Origin: an uncultured Treponema sp.
GTDB lineage: Bacteria > Spirochaetota > Spirochaetia > Treponematales > Treponemataceae
Direction: 5' to 3'
Length of the DNA: 64,000 nucleotides
Assembly (NCBI GenBank): GCA_946625725.1
Contig: CAMOTL010000003.1
Location: forward strand, 733 to 64,732
Shown: positions 39,190 through 46,522 of the stretch, piece by piece
Layout: each line of letters starts with the position of its first letter
Numbering within the stretch: position 1 is the first letter of the stretch
The notes under the pieces: model-generated
Seen by the model: only the letters and a program-made list of their open reading frames with translations
The model's database searches: none
What the model was told of the DNA's origin: nothing
Translations under genes and position numbers: made by a program

Positions 39190-39319
39190 GGGAATCTCTA
39201 AAAATTGCAATTTTTAGAGATAACTTTGAAAATCCGATGTTTTAAGTCGTGATATTACAACGACTTAAAACTCGCGGGCATATCTAGAAAGTCGCTTTAG
39301 CGAATTTCTAGATATGCCC
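39190..39319. repeat. 130-bp MITE/REP-like element with three hairpins and imperfect terminal inverted repeats
   Basis: Perfect 26-bp palindrome 39195-39220; 12-bp arms 39239-50/39260-71; 15-bp arms 39276-90/39305-19; both ends read TAAGGG(A/C)AT(C/A)TCTA(A/G)AAA. Confidence 0.75.
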
Positions 39320-40483
39320 TTAATCATACAATTCCACAGGAATCCACTTGCTTCTGTCCTGCATGTTTGCGCTTATCATGCCCCATGTAAGGTCTTTTGC
39401 AGTGGTTTCTCCTGTCAGATATTTTTTACCGTCTAGTTCAAAATACTGACCCTGTTTTCCTTCCAGATAAACTCCTGCCATCGCATGGCTGTATTCAACC
39501 GAAATGTACATAACGCTGTCCATATTCATGTTTTTGAATAATGTCATTAAAAGCATTGAACGGCTGTCACAGTCGCTTCCCAGTCCTGCAAGCACTCCCG
39601 GTATGTTTGTAAAATCTGCCTTATCCGGCGTTGCCGAAGCGCGCTCGTAGCCGAATCCCTGTGTCCAGGTTAAAAGAGCCTGAGCGACTGTAAGTTCGTC
39701 GGCTGTTGAATTAAACAGGGCTGCAGAAATGTCAAAAGCGGCCTTTTTAACCCGGCCCATTGCGTCTTTTGCTATAAGGCGGTAAAAGCGCTGCCACGCT
39801 TCTTTCCACATGTTTGTTTCTGCAAAGAGTTTGAATACGGCAAATTCCCGGTCTACCACAAACTGATTTGCCTGGCTGTCGTCCTTGTCGAGCTGAGTCT
39901 GGATTTTTTGTCCTGCGATGTTGAGTGTAATGGACTGGGGAGTTGTTTTAGGGAATGCGAAGGTTGTGATAAGGCCTGCTTCCCGCCTGCTTCCCCGGTC
40001 AATCATAATTGAATCCAGTACCGAAAGCAGAAACTGTTCAAGATTGTAAAATTTATCTTCCGGGCAGTAGCTTATAACGCAGAGGTAGTCTGTCGCCGAC
40101 GGCAGGGGAATACAGACTGCCCAGCCTTCCATTTTCTGTCCAAGTACATTCTGAGGAACGCTGATTCTGCTCACACAGCAGTCCTGGTTCCGCCAGCGTA
40201 CTGGGGAAACTTCTCCCGTTGCCGAGATTTTTTTCTGTGTTGAATTCAGGCAGTCTTCGCTGCTTTTGCCGGAATCTGACGGCCATACGCGGATTACTGT
40301 CTGCACCGGAACCATGGTGTGTTCAAATAAAACGGAGCGTTCGTCCTGTGAACAGTCTGCGATGGAAAAACCTTCCGGAAAGTCAATGGAGTATCCGTAA
40401 ATATCGCTTGAAATAACTTCCCCGCTGAGGGGCATAAAAAGCGATACTGCAATAAATAAAAGTCCTGTAAGTTTATTCTTCAT
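39320..40483 (-). CDS. Exported protein with C-terminal transglutaminase-like domain
   Basis: Signal peptide; SDCDSRS...HAMAGV...GETT (putative Cys-His-acid triad); AAGGA SD. Confidence 0.65.
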   Translation of the reverse strand: MKNKLTGLLFIAVSLFMPLSGEVISSDIYGYSIDFPEGFSIADCSQDERSVLFEHTMVPVQTVIRVWPSDSGKSSEDCLNSTQKKISATGEVSPVRWRNQDCCVSRISVPQNVLGQKMEGWAVCIPLPSATDYLCVISYCPEDKFYNLEQFLLSVLDSIMIDRGSRREAGLITTFAFPKTTPQSITLNIAGQKIQTQLDKDDSQANQFVVDREFAVFKLFAETNMWKEAWQRFYRLIAKDAMGRVKKAAFDISAALFNSTADELTVAQALLTWTQGFGYERASATPDKADFTNIPGVLAGLGSDCDSRSMLLMTLFKNMNMDSVMYISVEYSHAMAGVYLEGKQGQYFELDGKKYLTGETTAKDLTWGMISANMQDRSKWIPVELYD

Positions 40484-40538
40484 AATTATTCTTCCTTTGA
40501 GTTTTCATATTTACACTTGTTCGCTATAATATTTTCGG

Positions 40539-41291
40539 ATGAAAGATACTCTTATTATATACGAAAATTCTGAGATTCTCATTGTTTACAAGGAGGCTGG
40601 CGTCTCTGTGCAGGGCGGTCAGAGAATTAAATATCCGCTGGATGAAGAACTTTCAAAACAGCTTGGATATAGGATTTACCTTGTTCACCGCCTGGATAAG
40701 GAAACATCGGGACTCCTCGTAGTTGCAAAAAATCCTGCAGCCGCAAACAAATGGACTAAACTTATCGGGACAAAAAAGGTTACAAAAAATTACCTGGCAG
40801 TCTGTTTTGGAACTCCCCTTGTCAACGGAAAGGAAAGCTTGAGCGGAGTCCTGTCTGATTCAATAAAAAAAGACGGGCGCGACTTAGAGGCCAGCACTCA
40901 TTTTAAAGTGCTTTCTTCAAGGATGGTTGAACTTCCGCCTCCTGCCGAATCTTATCAAACTCAAACTAAAGACCAGGCCGCTCCTTCTTTAGACGGGATA
41001 AAATCCCTTAAACTCAGTGCTGTTTCTTTAACCCTTGATACGGGAAGAATGCATCAGATTCGTATACATTTGGGTAAGGCAAATGCACCCATTGCAGGTG
41101 ATGACAAGCATGGAAACTTTAAGTTCAATAAGCTTGCCCGCAAGCTGGGCCTTAAAAAACTCTGCCTCATGGCTTACGAACTTACGGTAAATGATGGGGG
41201 TAAAAAAATGACTTTCCGCTCGCCGGTCCCTGAGTACATGAAGGAGGCGATGGCGCTTTGCGGAGTGGAAGAAGGGCAGTTTTTCAAGTAA
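40539..41291 (+). CDS. RluA-family pseudouridine synthase
   Basis: VHRLDKETSGLL, TGRMHQIRIH, GDDKHG. Confidence 0.92.
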   Translation: MKDTLIIYENSEILIVYKEAGVSVQGGQRIKYPLDEELSKQLGYRIYLVHRLDKETSGLLVVAKNPAAANKWTKLIGTKKVTKNYLAVCFGTPLVNGKESLSGVLSDSIKKDGRDLEASTHFKVLSSRMVELPPPAESYQTQTKDQAAPSLDGIKSLKLSAVSLTLDTGRMHQIRIHLGKANAPIAGDDKHGNFKFNKLARKLGLKKLCLMAYELTVNDGGKKMTFRSPVPEYMKEAMALCGVEEGQFFK

Positions 41292-41303
41292 AATCAAAGG
41301 TTG

Positions 41304-41332
41304 TTGACACTTTTTAGCCAAAGAGTTATATT
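41304..41332 (+). promoter_or_regulatory. Putative sigma70 promoter of the rimP-nusA-infB operon
   Basis: TTGACA (41304-09), 17 nt, TATATT (41327-32). Confidence 0.7.
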
Positions 41333-41358
41333 ATATATACATTTTAATAGAAATATTT

Positions 41359-41393
41359 AAATGGATCCGCGCAAACGGGTCCATTTTTGTTTT
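41359..41393 (+). promoter_or_regulatory. rimP leader hairpin with U-tract (attenuator-like)
   Basis: AAATGGATCCG-CGCAAA-CGGGTCCATTT followed by TTGTTTT; lies between promoter and probable start. Confidence 0.55.
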
Positions 41394-41414
41394 GCAGGAA
41401 CGTCAGAGAAAATT

Positions 41415-41888
41415 ATGGATTATATTGCACTTGATACTATCCCTCATTATTCAGAATGCGAAAGCATTGTCAGTGAGCTTGGCTATCATCTTGTAGAATT
41501 AAAATTCTCAAAGCAGGGCAGGACTACCCATATTCTTGCCACCATTACTTCAGAAGATCCTTCTGTAAGTATTGGTGTAAATGACTGTTCCAAAGTTCAC
41601 AGGATTCTTCTTCCGAAAATCGAAGAAATTCTTGGAACGGACAACACCTACATGGAGCTTTCTTCACCAGGAATGGAGCGCAATTTTAAGAATGCGGCTG
41701 AATTTGCCCTGTTTAAGGGAAGGCAGGTTCGTGTGTGGGACAAAACTGTAACGGACTGGGTTGGCGGAATCGTTGTTGATTCTGACGATAAGTCGATTAC
41801 TCTGGAAATTACGCAGGACGACGGTTCTTCTGTTCAGAAGACTGTAGCCTACGTTGATATAGCAAAAGCAAAATTTATTCATTTGTAG
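41415..41888 (+). CDS. rimP: Ribosome maturation factor RimP
   Basis: GVNDCSKVHR, MELSSPGMER, FKGRQVRV; first gene before nusA. ATG 41415 preferred because ATG 41361 lies in the leader hairpin. Confidence 0.9.
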   Translation: MDYIALDTIPHYSECESIVSELGYHLVELKFSKQGRTTHILATITSEDPSVSIGVNDCSKVHRILLPKIEEILGTDNTYMELSSPGMERNFKNAAEFALFKGRQVRVWDKTVTDWVGGIVVDSDDKSITLEITQDDGSSVQKTVAYVDIAKAKFIHL

Positions 41889-41900
41889 GAGGCTTGAAAT

Positions 41901-43355
41901 ATGTCAGAAATGGCAGAGGCAATCCGTGAACTCATGCAGGAAAAAGGAGTTTCGGAAGATTCTATCAAGCAGACTGTGGAAAGCGCCATCAAGGCAGCTT
42001 ATAAAAAAACATTTGGTACAGCAGATAACTGTGTTGTAAAATTTGCAGACGATTTGTCAGACGTTTCTGTTTATTCAAGAAAGACAATCGTAGACGGCGT
42101 TTATGACCCTGTAACCGAAATTGAACTGGAAGAAGCTCTCAAAATGAGCGATGAATGCGAAGAAGGCGACGAAATCGACATTCTTGTAGATCCTAAAGAT
42201 TTTGAACGTTCAGCTGTTTCAACAGGTAAGCAGGCTGCTCACCAGGGCCTGAACGAAAGCTTTAAGGACAATCTTTACAACGAATACAAGGATAAGATTG
42301 GAGAAGTTATCATCGGTTATTATCAGCGTGAACACAACGGCAACATCTATCTCGACCTGGGAAAGGTTGAAGGTATCCTGCCTGTTAAGTTCCAGAGCCC
42401 GAGGGAAGAATATCACAAGAACGACCGTATCAAGGCTGTTATCGTTGATATCAAAAAGACAAATTCAGGACTCCAGCTCGTATTGAGCCGTTCAGATCCA
42501 AGACTCGTACAGTCAATTGTAAGCCTTGAAGTTCCTGAAATTGAAGATAAAACAATTTCAATTCATAAAATCGTACGCGAAGCAGGTTACAGAACCAAGA
42601 TTGCCGTGTACTCAGATAAAGAAGATGTAGATCCTGTAGGAGCATGTGTTGGTCTTAAGGGTGTTCGTATCCAGAACGTTATCCGCGAACTGGAAGGCGA
42701 AAAAATCGACGTTCTTAAATATGATCCTGATCCTGTTGAATTCATCAAAAATGCTCTTTCTCCGGCAGAAGTTGAAAAAGTTCTCATTACTGACGAAGAA
42801 AAACGTACAGCTCTTGCAATCGTTAACGAAAGCCAGTTCTCCCTTGCCATCGGTAAACAGGGACAGAACGTACGCCTCGCAAACCGTCTGTGCGACTGGT
42901 CAATCGATGTTAAGACTGAAGAACAGGCTGCAGAAATGGATTTGAGCGAATTTACTTCACGCCGTGCCGCTGAAGAACTGTTCAATACATCTGACAACAC
43001 ATCCGCTTCCGGCGAAGAAGAAATTTCAACAATCAGCGATCTTCCTGGTGTTGACGCTGACGTTGCTGCAAAACTTAAGGCTGCAAACCTTGATGATATC
43101 CAGGCATTCGTAGATGCTTACGATGACGGAAGCCTTTCTGTAGAAGGCGTTACTCAGGAACAGCTCGATGCAGTTAACAAAATTATCAGAGATGTAGTAG
43201 AATTCGTTGAAGAAGACGAAGAAGCTGCTGAATCTGATGCTCCTGCCGAAGAAGAAGCCGACGATGAAGAATATCATTGTCCGGAATGTGGAGCAAAGAT
43301 TACACTGGACATGACAAAGTGTCCTAATTGTGGTGTAGAATTCGAATTTGAATAA
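41901..43355 (+). CDS. nusA: Transcription factor NusA with C-terminal extension and zinc ribbon
   Basis: S1/KH motifs (REAGYRTKIAV, GACVGLKGVRI, AIGKQGQNVRLA); C-terminal CPEC...CPNC; GGAGG SD. Confidence 0.96.
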   Translation: MSEMAEAIRELMQEKGVSEDSIKQTVESAIKAAYKKTFGTADNCVVKFADDLSDVSVYSRKTIVDGVYDPVTEIELEEALKMSDECEEGDEIDILVDPKDFERSAVSTGKQAAHQGLNESFKDNLYNEYKDKIGEVIIGYYQREHNGNIYLDLGKVEGILPVKFQSPREEYHKNDRIKAVIVDIKKTNSGLQLVLSRSDPRLVQSIVSLEVPEIEDKTISIHKIVREAGYRTKIAVYSDKEDVDPVGACVGLKGVRIQNVIRELEGEKIDVLKYDPDPVEFIKNALSPAEVEKVLITDEEKRTALAIVNESQFSLAIGKQGQNVRLANRLCDWSIDVKTEEQAAEMDLSEFTSRRAAEELFNTSDNTSASGEEEISTISDLPGVDADVAAKLKAANLDDIQAFVDAYDDGSLSVEGVTQEQLDAVNKIIRDVVEFVEEDEEAAESDAPAEEEADDEEYHCPECGAKITLDMTKCPNCGVEFEFE

Positions 43356-43376
43356 TAAGAGGTAAAACTGAATAAT

Positions 43377-46142
43377 ATGTCTGACGAATCAGAGAAAAAG
43401 CCCGGATTTGTATTAAACAAAAAAAAGTCAGAGCCTTCAGAAAATAAGGCTCCGGCTAATCCAGAAAAAAAGAAAGTTATTGTTGTACGCAAAAAGAATC
43501 CTGCTCCAGAGGCAAAGGCTGGCCAGAATAACGGCGAGCAAAAAAATCTGCGCCCTGTAGTAAAAAAGGCTTCTCCATCAGCAGCAGCTCCTCAAAATAA
43601 CGGCCAGCGCCCGCAGCAGAAATCAGGCGGTCAGGGTAGAACTACCTTCGAATTGAATACTGCCCGTCCTAACGTAAAAGCCGGAAACCTCTCAGACAGA
43701 GGCCGCTCAAATTACCGCGGCAATGGTACCGGCGGTTACGGAAACCGCGAGGGATACAATGGCCAGAACCGTCCAGGTTACGGTTCTCAGCGTCGTGACG
43801 GCTCAGGTTTTTCCGGGGCTCAGGCACGGGAAAACTATCAGAACAACAAAGACCGTGGTTTTGGCAATAATAACCAGGGTGGTTTCCGTGGCGGCCAGAA
43901 TGGTGGTCGTCCGGGCTTTGGAAACCGTCCGGGCTTTGGTGCCGGTCGTCCACAGGGTGCAGGCGGAAGGCCTGGCTTTGGCGGCGGAAGACCCAGCTTT
44001 GGCGGAAAACCGGGCTTTGGCGGTGCACCTGCCGCAAGTGCAATTCCTGAAAAGGCAAACACTAAAAAGCAGTTCAAAGGCAAAAAGCAGGTTTACAACC
44101 GCAAGGATAAAGAAGAATTATTTGACGAAGAAGAACTTTACAAGAAGAAGCAGGTTACTCCTGCAAGCGTAGTTCCTAAGTCAATTGATATTATGGAAAG
44201 CGTATCGGTTTCTGACCTTGCCCGAAAGATGAACCTCAAGGCAGGCGAAATCATCGGTAAACTTATGTCCATGGGCATGATGGTTACAATCAACCAGTCA
44301 ATCGACTCTGATACAGCCACACTTCTTGCAAGCGAATACGGCTGTGAAGTTCACCTGGTATCTTTGTACGACGAAACTGTTATCGAAAGCGATGCAGGTA
44401 AAGAGGGCGACGAAGCATTCCGTCCGCCGATCGTTACTGTTATGGGTCACGTTGACCATGGTAAAACAAAGACCCTGGATGCCATCCGTAAGACAAACGT
44501 TGCCGCAGGCGAAGCCGGCGGTATCACACAGAAAATTGGTGCTTACCAGGTTAAGACAGAGAAGGGCGTAATTACCTTCCTCGATACACCTGGTCACGAA
44601 GCCTTTACAATGATGCGTGCGCGCGGTGCCCAGATTACAGACGTTTGTGTTCTTGTAGTTGCAGCAGACGACGGCGTAATGCCTCAGACTCTCGAAGCTC
44701 TGAGCCACGCAAAAGACGCAAAGGTGCCGATTATCGTTGCAGTAAACAAAATCGATAAACCTGATGCAAACCCTGATAAGGTTATGACTCAGCTTTCTGA
44801 ACAGGGACTTACTCCTGAAGAATGGGGTGGAGATACTCAGTATGTTAAGATTTCGGCTCTCAAGGGCCAGGGAATCGACGACCTTCTTGATGCAATCCTC
44901 CTCCAGGCAGAAATGCTGGAACTCAAGACACAGTACAACTGTCGTGCAGAAGGTAAGATTATTGAATCCCGCGTTGACCAGGGCCGTGGTGTTGTAGCTT
45001 CGGTTGTAGTACAGCGCGGTACCCTGAAGATTGGAGATCCTTTCGTTGCAGGTATTTATTCCGGCAAGGTTCGTGCCATGTTCAATGACAGGGGCGAAAA
45101 GGTAACAGAAGCACTTCCAAGCATGCCTGTTGAAGTTCTCGGTATGGACGAAATGCCGAACGCCGGCGATCCGTTCCAGGTAACAGAAACAGAACGGGAT
45201 GCAAGGGACATTTCTTCTAAACGCCAGGAACTCAAGCGTTTTGAAGCAGCCAAGGCAGTCCGCAAAGTTACCCTTGATAACCTTGTTTCAACAATCGAAG
45301 CAAGCGAAGTTAAGGAACTCAAGGTTATCATCAAGGCAGACCTGCAGGGTTCTGCAGAGGCCCTCAAACAGAGTCTCGAAAAACTTTCTACGGAAGAAAT
45401 CCGCCTGAATGTCATTCATTCTTCGGCCGGTGCAATCAACGAAAGTGATGTTACCCTTGCAAGTGCTGACGAAAACGCAATTATCATCGGATTTAACGTT
45501 CGTCCTACTCCAAAGGCAAAACTTCTTGCCGAAACAGAAAAGGTCGAAATCCGCAAATACAATATCATCTACAAGTGTGTTGAAGAAATTCAGCAGGCTA
45601 TGGAAGGTATGCTCCGTCCGGACACAATCGAACAGAACATCGGTACTGTGGAAGTCCGCAACACATTCCGCGTACCAAAAGTTGGTGTTATCGCAGGTTG
45701 TTACGTTACAGACGGTATGGTTAAAAAGTCTTGTACAGTTAACCTCATCCGTGACGGCATCGTAAAATGGACAGGAAGCATTTCTTCCCTCAAGCGCTTT
45801 AAGGATGATGCAAAGGAAGTTAAAGCCGGATTTGAATGTGGTATCGGTCTTGAAAACTGGCAGGATATCCAGGTTGGCGACCAGCTGGAATGTATCGAAT
45901 ACGTAGAAGTTGCCCGCAAACTCGGTGAATCCCTCATTGACGAAAAGGCCGAAGCAGAAAAGCAGGCAAGCCTCCGCGAAGAAGCAGCTAAAGCAGAAGC
46001 TCAGGCTGCCGCAGAAGCAGAAGCCGCTGCAGAAGCAGAAGCAAAGGCTAAAGGTAAGGCAGAAAAGGCCGCTAAACGTGCCGCTGCCGGTAAGGCTAAG
46101 GCTAAGAAACCTGCAGCTGATTCAACAGAAGGCGCAAACTAA
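43377..46142 (+). CDS. infB: Translation initiation factor IF-2
   Basis: GHVDHGKT, GGITQKIGA, DTPGHEAF, NKID, SLKRFKDD. Confidence 0.97.
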   Translation: MSDESEKKPGFVLNKKKSEPSENKAPANPEKKKVIVVRKKNPAPEAKAGQNNGEQKNLRPVVKKASPSAAAPQNNGQRPQQKSGGQGRTTFELNTARPNVKAGNLSDRGRSNYRGNGTGGYGNREGYNGQNRPGYGSQRRDGSGFSGAQARENYQNNKDRGFGNNNQGGFRGGQNGGRPGFGNRPGFGAGRPQGAGGRPGFGGGRPSFGGKPGFGGAPAASAIPEKANTKKQFKGKKQVYNRKDKEELFDEEELYKKKQVTPASVVPKSIDIMESVSVSDLARKMNLKAGEIIGKLMSMGMMVTINQSIDSDTATLLASEYGCEVHLVSLYDETVIESDAGKEGDEAFRPPIVTVMGHVDHGKTKTLDAIRKTNVAAGEAGGITQKIGAYQVKTEKGVITFLDTPGHEAFTMMRARGAQITDVCVLVVAADDGVMPQTLEALSHAKDAKVPIIVAVNKIDKPDANPDKVMTQLSEQGLTPEEWGGDTQYVKISALKGQGIDDLLDAILLQAEMLELKTQYNCRAEGKIIESRVDQGRGVVASVVVQRGTLKIGDPFVAGIYSGKVRAMFNDRGEKVTEALPSMPVEVLGMDEMPNAGDPFQVTETERDARDISSKRQELKRFEAAKAVRKVTLDNLVSTIEASEVKELKVIIKADLQGSAEALKQSLEKLSTEEIRLNVIHSSAGAINESDVTLASADENAIIIGFNVRPTPKAKLLAETEKVEIRKYNIIYKCVEEIQQAMEGMLRPDTIEQNIGTVEVRNTFRVPKVGVIAGCYVTDGMVKKSCTVNLIRDGIVKWTGSISSLKRFKDDAKEVKAGFECGIGLENWQDIQVGDQLECIEYVEVARKLGESLIDEKAEAEKQASLREEAAKAEAQAAAEAEAAAEAEAKAKGKAEKAAKRAAAGKAKAKKPAADSTEGAN

Positions 46143-46522
46143 TGGGTGAGTATCGTCTTGTAAAACTCGGTGAGCAGATAAGGGAAGAAATTGCGACCCT
46201 TATCGCCACTCAGAAAATAAAGGATCCTCGAGTTTCTACATTTCTGTCAATCAATCGTGTAGATGTAGTTGCTGATTTAGCCTACGCAAAGGTTTATGTA
46301 TCAAGCTTTCTTCCTGAAGGTCAGATAAACAGGGGCGTTGCAGGCTTAAACAGTGCCGCAGGATTCATTCAGAGCACAATTGCTAAAAAACTTACAATTC
46401 GAAAATTTCCTAAACTTACCTTTATCGCAGATAATTCGATAAAGGAAGGTTTTGAAATGGTTCATAAACTGAATCAACTTCAAGCGGAGGAAAATGGAAG
46501 CGGACAGACTACCGGAGAATAA
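46142..46522 (+). CDS. rbfA: Ribosome-binding factor A
   Basis: IKDPRV, DLAYAKVYVS, AAGFIQS...RKFPKLTF; TAATG overlap with infB. Confidence 0.93.
   Translation: MGEYRLVKLGEQIREEIATLIATQKIKDPRVSTFLSINRVDVVADLAYAKVYVSSFLPEGQINRGVAGLNSAAGFIQSTIAKKLTIRKFPKLTFIADNSIKEGFEMVHKLNQLQAEENGSGQTTGE

Noticed and set aside
39190-39319. CRISPR or tRNA interpretation of the hairpin cluster
   Set aside because: The hairpins are not identical direct repeats and there is no cloverleaf or T-loop motif.
41361-41414. N-terminal extension of RimP from ATG 41361
   Set aside because: This ATG lies in the leader hairpin just after the promoter, with no SD; the extension does not resemble RimP.
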